Virus record (IMG/VR): IMGVR_UViG_3300032312_001422
Coordinates: 96,001-160,000 of that record
Direction: 5' to 3' (one strand)
DNA from: a virus
Taxonomy: Duplodnaviria > Caudoviricetes
DNA length: 64,000 nucleotides
Shown here: piece by piece, positions 1-10,063 of the stretch
How the letters are laid out: each line of letters begins with the position of its first letter
How positions within the stretch are numbered: the first letter of the stretch is position 1
Program-made: the position numbers and the translations under genes
The notes under the pieces: generated by a model
The model's database searches: none
What the model saw: only the letters and a program-made list of their open reading frames with translations
What the model was told of the DNA's origin: nothing

Positions 1-65
1 AAAGCAACGCCGTGCCTATCTTTAGCAATGAAGAAGCTGTGGACATCTCCAGGATGCGTAGGTAA
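1..65 (+). CDS. 3' end of an upstream hypothetical phage gene (partial)
   Basis: Open frame ...SNAVPIFSNEEAVDISRMRR ending TAA at 63-65; not in ORF track because truncated. Confidence 0.45.
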   Translation, partial: SNAVPIFSNEEAVDISRMRR

Positions 66-68
66 ATA
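63..68 (+). promoter_or_regulatory. T4-like late promoter motif TAAATA upstream of IF-1/SOD/IscA genes
   Basis: TAAATA followed by AAGGAG (82-87) and GTG start at 100; motif recurs before many genes. Confidence 0.55.
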
Positions 69-99
69 ATACTAGCATATAAAGGAGAATCAACACAAC

Positions 100-324
100 G
101 TGAGTAAAGAAGATATCATCAAGATGTCCGGGGTAGTGGACGAAGTATTGCCCAATGCCATGTTTAGAATTGTATTAGATAACGAACAGCAAACCCGAAT
201 CACTGCCACAATCGGCGGCAGACTTAGACAAAACAACATCAGAGTATTATTAGGCGATCGTGTAGACGTAGAAATGAGCCCATACGATTTAACTCGAGGA
301 CGTGTGGTATATCGTGCTAAATAG
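100..324 (+). CDS. infA: Translation initiation factor IF-1
   Basis: MSKEDII...[18 protein letters not shown]...[33 protein letters not shown] is the typical IF-1 S1-like sequence; GTG start. Confidence 0.95.
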   Translation: MSKEDIIKMSGVVDEVLPNAMFRIVLDNEQQTRITATIGGRLRQNNIRVLLGDRVDVEMSPYDLTRGRVVYRAK

Positions 325-328
325 TAGC

Positions 329-871
329 ATGGACTTGAGACAAACCCTAGACTTATTAGAAGCAAAAAGCAAAATTGAACTAGAGCAAATAAAATTGCCC
401 TATGCTCGTACTGCTTTGGCTCCCGTAAAAAGTTCTGCCACCATAGACAATCACTACGGCAAGTTGTACAAAGGGTATGTTGACCGTTATAATCGAGGCG
501 AAGGTGATAAGAGTTTTAATGAAGCCGGCGCTTACTTGCACAGCATCTATTTTAGTCAGTTCACAAGTCCCGGTACTCGCAAACCCAGTGGTGTGATACT
601 GAGTATTATTGAACGCAATCACAAAAACTTTACAGATTTCAAGAAAAAATTCAAAGAAGAAGCCATGAAACTGCAAGGCTCAAATTGGATTTATCTTTCT
701 AAATCAGGAACCATTAAAACTATACATAATCATCAAAAACGCACAGACATAGCCCTGCTAGTGGATTGGTGGGAACATGCGTGGACCTTGGATTATGGTA
801 CCAACAAAGAAAAATACCTAGACAACATATGGCGTATCATGGACTGGAACGCCATTAATCGAAGACTATGA
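329..871 (+). CDS. Fe/Mn superoxide dismutase family protein
   Basis: [19 protein letters not shown] and DWWEHAW supply all four metal ligands; start moved to ATG 329. Confidence 0.88.
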   Translation: MDLRQTLDLLEAKSKIELEQIKLPYARTALAPVKSSATIDNHYGKLYKGYVDRYNRGEGDKSFNEAGAYLHSIYFSQFTSPGTRKPSGVILSIIERNHKNFTDFKKKFKEEAMKLQGSNWIYLSKSGTIKTIHNHQKRTDIALLVDWWEHAWTLDYGTNKEKYLDNIWRIMDWNAINRRL

Positions 872-1194
872 TTACAATAACTGAATCAGCAGTAGCAAAA
901 TTACAAGACATCCTAGCTGAGGAAAATAACCCCGGTTTAAAACTGCGTGTTTTTGTACAAGGCGGCGGTTGCTCGGGCATGAGCTACGGGTTTACCCTAG
1001 ACGATGCTCAAGCCGAAGATGATTGGGAGTTGGATGTCAATGGTGTACATGTTTTAGTAGATTCAATGAGTGGTGGCTATTTGCAAGGTGCAGAAATAGA
1101 CTACCGAGAAGATCAATACGGCAGTAGTTTTGCCATCAAAAACCCCACAGCAGTTACCACCTGCGGGTGCGGAAGCAGTTTTAGCCCAACTTAA
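868..1194 (+). CDS. A-type Fe-S cluster carrier (IscA/ErpA/HesB family)
   Basis: [27 protein letters not shown]-terminal CGCGSSF. Confidence 0.93.
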   Translation: MITITESAVAKLQDILAEENNPGLKLRVFVQGGGCSGMSYGFTLDDAQAEDDWELDVNGVHVLVDSMSGGYLQGAEIDYREDQYGSSFAIKNPTAVTTCGCGSSFSPT

Positions 1195-1232
1195 CACACA
1201 AACCCCAAAACCCCAGCTCAAGCCAAATCCGA

Positions 1233-1238
1233 TAAATA
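1233..1238 (+). promoter_or_regulatory. T4-like late promoter motif upstream of tail/baseplate genes
   Basis: GATAAATA, 22 nt before ATG 1261. Confidence 0.55.
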
Positions 1239-1260
1239 ATGCTATATAAGGATTTAATAT

Positions 1261-4200
1261 ATGGCATTGACCTGGCAACCCACTTCTATTAAAGATATCA
1301 ACGAAGGTACCACCGCTAACGACGGTACCGGCGATAGTATTCGCAACGCATTTTTCAAAGTTGACGAAAACTTCAGCAATATAACCAGTTTTTTCAATGG
1401 AGGTGGCGACTATGCTACCGGTCCAGCATTCAGTACACTTGCAATTACCACTGCTAATATTGCTCAAGGCAATGTAGGTAACATAGTAATAACCAACATC
1501 AATGGTCCATACACCAACGCCGCAGTCAATGGCACCAATGTCTATGGAAATATCAATGTGGCTGGTAATATTGTGCCAACTGCATATGGTACATACAATC
1601 TTGGTAGTCCGGACAGACCGTTTGCAAATCTTTACGTTGTGGCAACTATATCAACCACACAGATTACCACATCCAGTGATGCAGGTCTGTTAATTGTTCA
1701 CGCCAATACCACACCCAGTGATGAAAAAGACGTTGGTATCATTGGCAACGTAAGTAACCACTTCAGCAGTAACATGTATGCTTTCTTTGGTTATCAAGCA
1801 CTGACCAATAATTTTGTTTACAAACTCACCCCCAACAATGCTGCTACTGTGGGTAACTCAGTTGTTTATGATGGTGCATATGGTAATGTACAATTTGGTG
1901 CATTGTATCTAAGTAACACCACTCCGGCAACCAGCAACATTACCGGTGCCTTAATTGTGGCAGGTGGAATTGGCACCAATCAGGACATACATTCAGCTGG
2001 TAATATCTATCAGCGTGGCTATCGTGTTTTGAATACTTCCGATGTCAGTGGCATAGGCTACCCTATTTTTAACGGAACTGGTAGTTTGTTTGCTGGTAAT
2101 ACTATATTTGCAACTACTACTCCTTCTGTGTCAACCAATACCGGCGCTGTAGTAGTATTGGGCGGTGTTGGTGTGGCAGGCAATATCACAGCCGGCGGAT
2201 ATGTTGGTAATTTTCACGGCAATGTGGTAAATGCTGTACAACCATACATAACCACAGTTGGTAGTTTAGGTAACTTGACTGTGCTAGGCACAACAAGTAC
2301 CAGCAGTTTACAAGCCACTTCGGGTTCAATCACTGGATTATTGGCAACCACTGGTATCTTCCAGACTCAAACTACCACATTACTATTGACAGCGGCCACA
2401 ATCAATGCTGGCACAATTGGTAACACTGGTGCCAACATTGTGGGCACAATCGGTACTGCTGCACAACCCAACATTACTACAGTTGGTAACCTTACTAACT
2501 TATCCATTGCCGGTAATTTAAATGTCACCGGATCAACCAGCCTGGTTGGTAATGTCACATTCCCTAATATCACAGTTACAACTACAGCCGTGGTTGGAAA
2601 ATTAAACTCCGCAGGAAACATACATGTCACCGGCGGTAATTTGACAGTCAGTACTGATGCAACCGCAGTGGCTTTTGTTACTTCAGCAGGATTAACCAAC
2701 AGTTTATTAACAGTTAGCAAGTCAGCCAATTCGTTTGTTCAAAGTGCGTTGACTAACCGCAGTTCGGGTACCAGTGCCAGTACTGATTTTATTGCTTATG
2801 CCAACAATGGTACTAATACTCAAGGTTACATTGACCTGGGTATTGCCAGTTCAGGATTCAATGACCCTGCATTTGGTATAACTCGTGCTGGAGATGGCTA
2901 CATTTTTGTAAGTGCTCCGGCAGGTACAGGCGGTAATTTGGTTCTTGCCACATCCGACGGCTCGTATGGTGACATTGTGTTTGCCGCCAATGGATTTGTG
3001 TCGGGCACAGAACAAGGTCGATTTGTGACCAATGATGGCTTGTACTTGACTGGTAACTTGGTTGCTACCACAGGCGTCATTTATCAAGGTGAGGGCGCCA
3101 AAACTCTTGAAATTGACGATTATTTTTCCCCAGGCTATGCGGGCCTGACTAATGCATCTGCTATATTTGTGGGCAACACCAATTCGTTTGTACAGTTGGC
3201 CATGCGTAATCATAGTCCAGGATCTGCTGCCAGTACCGACTTGATTGCTTACAGTAGCAATGGCGACAATGATTCTGGTTGGATAGACATGGGTATCACC
3301 AGCGAAACTTTTGCTGATGCCACATTTGGTGTAACTGGTCCTGCTGATGGATACATTTTTATGAGTGCCCCTGTTGGTACAACAGGGAATGGTAGCATGT
3401 ACCTCAGTACCAGTGGCAATGGTACCAAAAACGACATTGTATTCAGCACAAATGGATTTAGTGCCGGTAATGAGCGTATGCGTATCATTGGTCAAGATCG
3501 ACCGGGAGATCCTGCCGGTGTAGAAATTTACATTGCAACCACGAGTACCAGTACCACAACCGGTGCCCTGCGTGTACAAGGTGGTGTTGGTGTACAAGGT
3601 AACTTGAACGTTGCTGGTAACGTAAACATCATTGGTAATTTAACCTTTGGTGGCGAAGGAACAAGCGTAAGTACATCAACATTAACTGTTGAAAATCCAA
3701 TGATATTCTTGGCCAACGCCAACAATGCCAATACTTTTGATATTGGTACAGTTGGCAGATACAGAAGAGCAGCCAACGTGTTTACAGGACTTGTTCGTCA
3801 GGCCACCACAGGCGGATGGAGATTGTTTGACGGTGTAACCAGTATACCAACAACCACAGTAGATTTTGCACAAGCAAGCAATGGTAATTTGATGGTTGGT
3901 AGTGCTATGGTTGCTAACTCAACTGCAAGTACCAGTACAACCACAGGAGCCCTACAGGTTGTTGGTGGTGTGGGTGTGCAAGGCAACATATATGTTGGCG
4001 GTAACTTTATGCCTGGTGCCAACCTTACCAGCAACATTGGTAGTACCACCACATGGTTTAACACATTCTTTGGTGTAAGTACGCAGGCCAAGTATGCTGA
4101 CTTGGCAGAACGTTACGCCAGCGACGCCCCGTACGAACCTGGCACAGTTGTGATCTTTGGCGGCGATGCTGAAATTACAACAACCAATACATTTGCTGAC

Positions 4201-4467
4201 GTCAGTGTTGCAGGTGCTATTTCTACAGATCCTGCTTATTTGATGAATGCCATGGAAGAAGGTTTACCAGTGGCTCTGCGTGGACGTATTCCTCTCAAAG
4301 TTATTGGCCCTGTAGCCAAAGGAGATCTGTTAGTCACAGCTGGACAAAACCCTGGGTATGCTACCAGCGTGGGTCGAAGCACAGACTATCCATTGGCAGT
4401 ATTTGCCAAGAGTTTAGAAAATAATCAAGAGCCAGGTGTAAAAATAATTACAGCGGTAATTCTCTAA
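1261..4467 (+). CDS. Tail fibre/baseplate-attached structural protein with C-terminal peptidase G2-like autocleaving chaperone domain
   Basis: N-terminal INEGTTANDGTGDSIRNAFFKVDENF (T4 gp9/gp10-like docking motif); G/T/N/V-rich fibre repeats; C-terminal KYADLAERY...VALRGRIPLKVIGPVAKGDLLV. Confidence 0.75.
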   Translation: MALTWQPTSIKDINEGTTANDGTGDSIRNAFFKVDENFSNITSFFNGGGDYATGPAFSTLAITTANIAQGNVGNIVITNINGPYTNAAVNGTNVYGNINVAGNIVPTAYGTYNLGSPDRPFANLYVVATISTTQITTSSDAGLLIVHANTTPSDEKDVGIIGNVSNHFSSNMYAFFGYQALTNNFVYKLTPNNAATVGNSVVYDGAYGNVQFGALYLSNTTPATSNITGALIVAGGIGTNQDIHSAGNIYQRGYRVLNTSDVSGIGYPIFNGTGSLFAGNTIFATTTPSVSTNTGAVVVLGGVGVAGNITAGGYVGNFHGNVVNAVQPYITTVGSLGNLTVLGTTSTSSLQATSGSITGLLATTGIFQTQTTTLLLTAATINAGTIGNTGANIVGTIGTAAQPNITTVGNLTNLSIAGNLNVTGSTSLVGNVTFPNITVTTTAVVGKLNSAGNIHVTGGNLTVSTDATAVAFVTSAGLTNSLLTVSKSANSFVQSALTNRSSGTSASTDFIAYANNGTNTQGYIDLGIASSGFNDPAFGITRAGDGYIFVSAPAGTGGNLVLATSDGSYGDIVFAANGFVSGTEQGRFVTNDGLYLTGNLVATTGVIYQGEGAKTLEIDDYFSPGYAGLTNASAIFVGNTNSFVQLAMRNHSPGSAASTDLIAYSSNGDNDSGWIDMGITSETFADATFGVTGPADGYIFMSAPVGTTGNGSMYLSTSGNGTKNDIVFSTNGFSAGNERMRIIGQDRPGDPAGVEIYIATTSTSTTTGALRVQGGVGVQGNLNVAGNVNIIGNLTFGGEGTSVSTSTLTVENPMIFLANANNANTFDIGTVGRYRRAANVFTGLVRQATTGGWRLFDGVTSIPTTTVDFAQASNGNLMVGSAMVANSTASTSTTTGALQVVGGVGVQGNIYVGGNFMPGANLTSNIGSTTTWFNTFFGVSTQAKYADLAERYASDAPYEPGTVVIFGGDAEITTTNTFADVSVAGAISTDPAYLMNAMEEGLPVALRGRIPLKVIGPVAKGDLLVTAGQNPGYATSVGRSTDYPLAVFAKSLENNQEPGVKIITAVIL
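2728..3486 (+). repeat. Internal duplication of a ~100-aa module in the fibre protein (about 2728-3024 and 3181-3486)
   Basis: NSFVQ...ASTDFIAYANNG...GYIDLGI...DGYIFVSAPAGT...DIVFAANGF versus NSFVQ...ASTDLIAYSSNG...GWIDMGI...DGYIFMSAPVGT...DIVFSTNGF. Confidence 0.85.
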
Positions 4468-4468
4468 C

Positions 4469-7400
4469 ATGGCAACTAGTTTAACTTGGGTGACACCACC
4501 AGGATCCATTGCTAATTTTTCAATTGGCAGTCCTTCCACTACCAAGTTAGTGGTAGCTGATACCAGCAATACTGGAGCCACATTAACTTATTATAAAATC
4601 AGCGGAGATCTGCCGCCTGGTTTAAGTTTAACTCCCGACGGAATTATTTCCGGAACTCCGCAGTATGCTACTTCATCAAATAATTATTTTATCTCTTTAG
4701 ACTACAATTTTATAGTCAGGGTGATCAGCAGTGATGGTCAAGTCTTAGATGGCAAATTTACCATAATTATTACTAATACTGTCAATCAAGACTTTCAATG
4801 GACAACACCCGAGGGTATTCTTGGAACAGTACCGAATGGCAATTTTTATTCGCTGACCGTGCAAGCCCAGAGTTCTGCCGGTTTAGGTATTACCTACAGT
4901 TTAGTTTCGGGAGAGTTGCCGCCCGGTATGCAACTTATATCGCAACGTGTGACCAAAACCATAACAGCCACACAATTTTCTACCAGTACCACAATGAAAG
5001 TATCAAACACTCAAACAATAAGTGTCAATGACTACGTGTTTGGCACAAAAATTGCTGCTGGTACTCGTGTAGCTGACATCAATACTGCAACCAATACGAT
5101 TACTTTGACCGTTGCCACTACCGGTGCTGTTGCAACAGGAGATATTGTAGATATTTACAGCCCAGGACTGCTACAGGGTGTACCAACCATACTTGATCCT
5201 ATCAAAGTCAATGAGTCACGAAGCTATAGATTTACTGTTCGTGCTACCAATAGTTTAAATCGTATCACCGACCGTGCTTTTAGTTTAAATGTGACCAACA
5301 TTTATGGTCCAATTATTGAACCAGAAACCACATTCCTTGGCAGTTATTTTGATGGCAATTTCTTTGATCAACAGTTGGAGGTAATACAATTAAATCCAGC
5401 TGTGGAAATTGAATGGGCTGTAACCAGTGGTCAACTACCCCCGGGACTGACCCTCAACAGCGTTGGGGCAATTACCGGCTATTTAGAGCCTGTGGAGTTA
5501 ATTGGACAATACGGTCCAAGTGGTTACGATGGTGAATCGATTGAAAATGGTGTTACTGTGGGACAACAAGAATACGATACTGGCCCATATCAGTTTAACC
5601 AACTCAGTCAAAATATAGCATACACTTTTACTGTACAAGCATTTGATGGCGCAAACTATGATTTACAAACCTATGTGATCAATGTGGTCAGTCGTCCCAA
5701 TTATACCGCCGACAGTGACCTTAGCATTGATGATACGTATCTAACAGTCGACTCGGGAAATGTGTATATTCCTGTGATACGTAATACTTCCACTATATTA
5801 CCTGTGGCTAGACAAGATGCATATTATGCTGCTAAAATTGACGGATACGATTTTGATGTCGGCACCGAAAATTTAATATATCGTATTGTCAATACCGCAG
5901 GTACCTATGATGGTAGTCCGTTTGATCCACTGAATCGAAATGATTTTAACAACGGGTTACCGGGTAGTTTTGACTTTGTTAGCACCACCGTATCAAATTT
6001 ACCCGGTGTCAATCTAGACAGCGATTCAGGATGGATCTTTGGAAAAATTAATAGTCAGACGTCGGCCTACGAAGAATTTGATTTTGGTATTGAAGTATGT
6101 AAAACTGTAGGTTACGGTACTGTTAGCAATATTAGATTATCAATTAATTCTAGTATCACCGTGAATACTACACAATTTGTTACACAGAGATTTGCCAACA
6201 GCGTTCCTGCTGCCAATTTATCTGTGTTGGCCAATGTCTCATCCTCAACAATTTATGTAACACCTGTCTCAGGAAATGTAACGTTGTTGGACAATAGTCT
6301 TTGGGTTGGTAACTCATCTTCGCTGAGTGCAAAGGTAACCGATTCTAGTTTTTATCAAGTTGAATACTGTAGCAGGCCCACATATTTTACTTTACCAGTG
6401 GTTGGAGATCCCAACAGTATTATCACCTGGACAAGTCCGCTAGACCTAGGTACCATTGACAATGGTACTGTTAGCGAATTACGTATTGAAGCTGTGAGTG
6501 CAATTGGCTCTGAAATTTCATATAGTTTAGTTGATGAAAGAGGCGTATCCTGTAGATTGCCACAGGGGTTGATATTGTTGTCCACTGGAGAAATTGCTGG
6601 AAGAGCCACGTTTGAATCTTTTAGCATTGATGATCACACAACCACATTTGATAATGAATTATTAGTTGTTGACAGAACTGCTACATTTAAGGTTAAAGCT
6701 GAAACAGTTGATGGAAGTGCATCCAGTACCAGAACATTTACATTAAAATTAAATGTTATAGACACCGAACCATACGAAAATCTTTATTTAAAAGCCATGC
6801 CATCGGTCAGCAAAAGACAAATGTATAACGCATTAACTTCAGATTCTGATATATTTAACAACGCTTCAATTTATAGACCCAATGATACAAATTTTGGTGT
6901 ACAAAAAGATTTAACAATGTTGTTCTTACCGGGGCTAACTCCTAGTGAATTGACAGAATATCAAACTGCCATGACACAAAATCATTTTACTAAAACATAT
7001 ACGTTTGGCAATATAAAAGTAGCCTACGTACTAGACGTTGCGTACGGAATCAAATATGAGGTTGTTTATGTAGAGGTGGTAGATCCAGGCGAAAATGAAC
7101 TTGGCTCTGGGCCAGCACAATCTACAGATTTAAGTGGTATCATTGACAATCCCTACATTGACCAAAACGGAACCGCATACGATATTATCTATCCCAACAG
7201 TTCAGAAAATATGACACGTAGAATGGAAGAGATCATTGGATATCAAGATCAGAGTAGTTTGCCACCCTGGATGATCAGTAATCAACCTGATGCCACAACT
7301 GCCACAGGCTTTACTATTCCATTGGGCTATACCAAAGCTGTTGTGATTGCCTATGCTCAACCTGGCCAGGGAGAAAAAATTGCTTATAAGATTCGTAAAT

Positions 7401-8179
7401 CAAATTTTGATTTTAATCAGATCGAGTTTACAGTAGATCGTTATCAACTCGATAATTATTATAGTTCCAATTACAATATCAGCACAGAAACATATATTAG
7501 AGATAGAGAAACCACATTTGATAGTGATCAAAACATCAACGTTGGTACTATTGTGGCTTCAGTAACTTACGCAGTTAGTATACCCTACAATCAAATCAAT
7601 GGTCGACCCATTGAATATATTCTTGCCAATGGCGGCATTGATGGCGTTGATAATTTTGCCGACGGCGAAACTATAATCTTTACCAAACAAGAACAATTTG
7701 AAGATCCGGGACCATACGACGGATGGGTAGATTATTCAGCTTCGTACATTGGTGACAATACCGAAACTGCGGTAGTAGAGGGGTACGACTCAGGATCATA
7801 TGATACCTATACTATTGTACCTGGATTTTTAGAAAAGAGTCAAGGCACATCAGCTGTTAACCGTCGCGGTGGAATATGGCGTATCAATATCATTGGTGGT
7901 ATAGTTAATTTGACATTTGTACAAGAAATCACTGTGTACGAACGTGTGCGAATACTGTTTGGTAAAACATTATCAAGTGCTATATTAACCTATAGCTTGG
8001 ATTTAGCTCCAGGACAAACAGTACCATTTTACAAGGTGTTTATAAGTAATCCGGCGCTGAGAATTAGAACAACATTTAACAATGATACAACCAAATTCTT
8101 TACTCTTAGAGATCAATATTACGAGCCCGGAAGTGAAGATAAATATGTTAAATTCCCACAATATGGAGTGTTTACTTAA
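4469..8179 (+). CDS. Large structural protein with repeated putative Ig-like domains (baseplate/tail associated)
   Basis: Repeated SG.LPPG(L/M).L...G.I.G motifs (GDLPPGLSLTPDGIISGTP, GELPPGMQL, GQLPPGLTLNSVGAITG, LPQGLILLSTGEIAG); structural-gene context. Confidence 0.65.
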   Translation: MATSLTWVTPPGSIANFSIGSPSTTKLVVADTSNTGATLTYYKISGDLPPGLSLTPDGIISGTPQYATSSNNYFISLDYNFIVRVISSDGQVLDGKFTIIITNTVNQDFQWTTPEGILGTVPNGNFYSLTVQAQSSAGLGITYSLVSGELPPGMQLISQRVTKTITATQFSTSTTMKVSNTQTISVNDYVFGTKIAAGTRVADINTATNTITLTVATTGAVATGDIVDIYSPGLLQGVPTILDPIKVNESRSYRFTVRATNSLNRITDRAFSLNVTNIYGPIIEPETTFLGSYFDGNFFDQQLEVIQLNPAVEIEWAVTSGQLPPGLTLNSVGAITGYLEPVELIGQYGPSGYDGESIENGVTVGQQEYDTGPYQFNQLSQNIAYTFTVQAFDGANYDLQTYVINVVSRPNYTADSDLSIDDTYLTVDSGNVYIPVIRNTSTILPVARQDAYYAAKIDGYDFDVGTENLIYRIVNTAGTYDGSPFDPLNRNDFNNGLPGSFDFVSTTVSNLPGVNLDSDSGWIFGKINSQTSAYEEFDFGIEVCKTVGYGTVSNIRLSINSSITVNTTQFVTQRFANSVPAANLSVLANVSSSTIYVTPVSGNVTLLDNSLWVGNSSSLSAKVTDSSFYQVEYCSRPTYFTLPVVGDPNSIITWTSPLDLGTIDNGTVSELRIEAVSAIGSEISYSLVDERGVSCRLPQGLILLSTGEIAGRATFESFSIDDHTTTFDNELLVVDRTATFKVKAETVDGSASSTRTFTLKLNVIDTEPYENLYLKAMPSVSKRQMYNALTSDSDIFNNASIYRPNDTNFGVQKDLTMLFLPGLTPSELTEYQTAMTQNHFTKTYTFGNIKVAYVLDVAYGIKYEVVYVEVVDPGENELGSGPAQSTDLSGIIDNPYIDQNGTAYDIIYPNSSENMTRRMEEIIGYQDQSSLPPWMISNQPDATTATGFTIPLGYTKAVVIAYAQPGQGEKIAYKIRKSNFDFNQIEFTVDRYQLDNYYSSNYNISTETYIRDRETTFDSDQNINVGTIVASVTYAVSIPYNQINGRPIEYILANGGIDGVDNFADGETIIFTKQEQFEDPGPYDGWVDYSASYIGDNTETAVVEGYDSGSYDTYTIVPGFLEKSQGTSAVNRRGGIWRINIIGGIVNLTFVQEITVYERVRILFGKTLSSAILTYSLDLAPGQTVPFYKVFISNPALRIRTTFNNDTTKFFTLRDQYYEPGSEDKYVKFPQYGVFT

Positions 8180-8500
8180 ATGGCATCAACTATAAACTCA
8201 AACAACATTGACATTACTTACCCAATAGCCGGGCAAGACAATGACACACAGGGTTTTAGAGATAATTTTAGAAATATTAGAAATAATCTAAACACCGCAA
8301 GACAAGAAATTACTGAATTACAAGATGATGTGGCATTAACACCAAAAGTTACTTACATTACCGGTAACGTGGGCAACGTCAGCTATCCCGCCAGTGCCAG
8401 CAGTTCCGGCACAGTGGGACAAATAGCCTGGACCAGTCAGCATTTGTATGTGTGTATTGCGACCAATTCCTGGGTCCGAGCAAATGTAAGCACCTGGTAA
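8180..8500 (+). CDS. Small structural protein, paralogue of the downstream fibre-like protein
   Basis: Shares N-terminal YPIAGQDNDTQGFRDNF and C-terminal GQIAW...LYVCIATNSW motifs with 8538-9755. Confidence 0.7.
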   Translation: MASTINSNNIDITYPIAGQDNDTQGFRDNFRNIRNNLNTARQEITELQDDVALTPKVTYITGNVGNVSYPASASSSGTVGQIAWTSQHLYVCIATNSWVRANVSTW

Positions 8501-8509
8501 ACGGCTTCA

Positions 8510-8515
8510 TAAATA
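8510..8515 (+). promoter_or_regulatory. T4-like late promoter motif
   Basis: CATAAATA upstream of AGGA and ATG 8538. Confidence 0.5.
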
Positions 8516-8537
8516 TACAATAATTAGGATAAGATAA

Positions 8538-9755
8538 ATGGCATCAAGAATCGTTCCAACCAACATCGACGGTACATTTCCCGTAGCCGGACAGGACAAC
8601 TCCAGTCAGGGATTTCGTGACAACTTTACCAATACCAAAAATAACTTTACATTTGCTCGCAATGAAATCAGCGATCTGCAGAGCAAAGCTCTTTTAACTG
8701 CGGCATTGGATGGGTCAACTCTCAACAATGACATGGCCGGTACACAACTTATTCGTCCACAGCTCAAGGCATGGACACAGGCTCTAGTAGACCTGGGCAG
8801 TATCAGTGGTACTGCCACAGTAAATTTCACTGTGGGCAATTTTCAAAAGATTACTGCTGCTGGTGCAGTGACCCTGGCTTTAAGTGGCTGGCCTTCTGTA
8901 GGCACAGCTGGCGGTTACGGTGCTGTGCGTGTGTGGATTGTGATTTCTGACTATACCACACAAACATTAACATTACCTGCTTCAGTCAATATTGGTGTCA
9001 ATGATATCAGTGGATACTCTAGTAGCGCCAGTGCTATCACATTTGATGCCAACGGCAACTACATTTTTGATTTTAGCAGTATCGACGGCGGATCAACATA
9101 CTTTATTGCTGATCCAATGCGTAACCGTAGCACACTTCGCGGCAATACATCAGTCACCGGAAATTTAACCATTATTGATGCCACTGTCAGTTCTCGTAGT
9201 AGTGTGGTAATCACTGGAGATAGTACAGGCAATATTCTATTACCTCAAAACAATGGCGTCATGTTACACATCACTGGCCAGACTGCTACACCAGCACGTC
9301 TTTACCTAGACGGACAAGGCTCGGGCAACTATGCAGCCTTTGTGGGTCGTCGTTATAATGGTAATGTAAGTGTTCCTACTGCAATTAATAGTGGAGATAT
9401 TGTAGCACGTTTTGGTTCTACACCTTATCACGGCAATGCGGCAGTCAACAGTGGTTGGCCCACTATCACTACCACCCGTATTGACATGCTGGCCGATGAA
9501 AATCAAACAGTGGCCAATATTGGTAGTCGTTTAGAATTCTACACCACCAATACACAAACAACCACAGCAGTCAAAAAACTTACCATTAATACCGCAGGTA
9601 TTGTGGCCAATGCTAACTTGTTTGTAGCCAACACCTTTGTACCGACTAGTTCTACTTCGGGTGGTGCTGCTGGACAAATCAGTTTTGATTCGGGCAATGT
9701 GTATATTTGCCTAGGACCAAACAACTGGAAGAAAGCCACGTTGAGCACATTCTAA
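8538..9755 (+). CDS. Tail fibre-like structural protein
   Basis: FPVAGQDNSSQGFRDNF N-terminus with coiled coil; beta-rich T/S/G/N body; terminal GQISFDSGNVYICLGPNNWKK. Confidence 0.6.
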   Translation: MASRIVPTNIDGTFPVAGQDNSSQGFRDNFTNTKNNFTFARNEISDLQSKALLTAALDGSTLNNDMAGTQLIRPQLKAWTQALVDLGSISGTATVNFTVGNFQKITAAGAVTLALSGWPSVGTAGGYGAVRVWIVISDYTTQTLTLPASVNIGVNDISGYSSSASAITFDANGNYIFDFSSIDGGSTYFIADPMRNRSTLRGNTSVTGNLTIIDATVSSRSSVVITGDSTGNILLPQNNGVMLHITGQTATPARLYLDGQGSGNYAAFVGRRYNGNVSVPTAINSGDIVARFGSTPYHGNAAVNSGWPTITTTRIDMLADENQTVANIGSRLEFYTTNTQTTTAVKKLTINTAGIVANANLFVANTFVPTSSTSGGAAGQISFDSGNVYICLGPNNWKKATLSTF

Positions 9756-9777
9756 TCCAAAAAGAACCAAAAACCCA

Positions 9778-9806
9778 TTGACTCCTTGTGATAATTGCTA
9801 TATAAT
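9778..9806 (+). promoter_or_regulatory. Sigma70-like promoter TTGACT-N17-TATAAT
   Basis: -35 at 9778-9783, -10 at 9801-9806; AAGGAG SD before ATG 9827. Confidence 0.7.
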
Positions 9807-9826
9807 TATACAAGGAGTCGTTTATT

Positions 9827-10063
9827 ATGCATCCATTATTGCCAGATTTATCTAAATTGACCTTAGATGAGCTCAACAACAAATACGGAGATTTGCTCAA
9901 ACGTATTACCTATGCTTATCAAATTGGACAACCAGCCATGGTTCAGCAATTACAGATGCTGATGCAAGACTACCAGGCAGAAATACAAGTTCGTAATGCC
10001 AAGGCGCTGCAGGACATGGAAAAACAATCCAAACAATTTAAAAACATCATAGACATTCAATGA
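9827..10063 (+). CDS. Hypothetical helical protein
   Basis: SD-led 78-aa ORF, ATGA overlap with next gene. Confidence 0.7.
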   Translation: MHPLLPDLSKLTLDELNNKYGDLLKRITYAYQIGQPAMVQQLQMLMQDYQAEIQVRNAKALQDMEKQSKQFKNIIDIQ

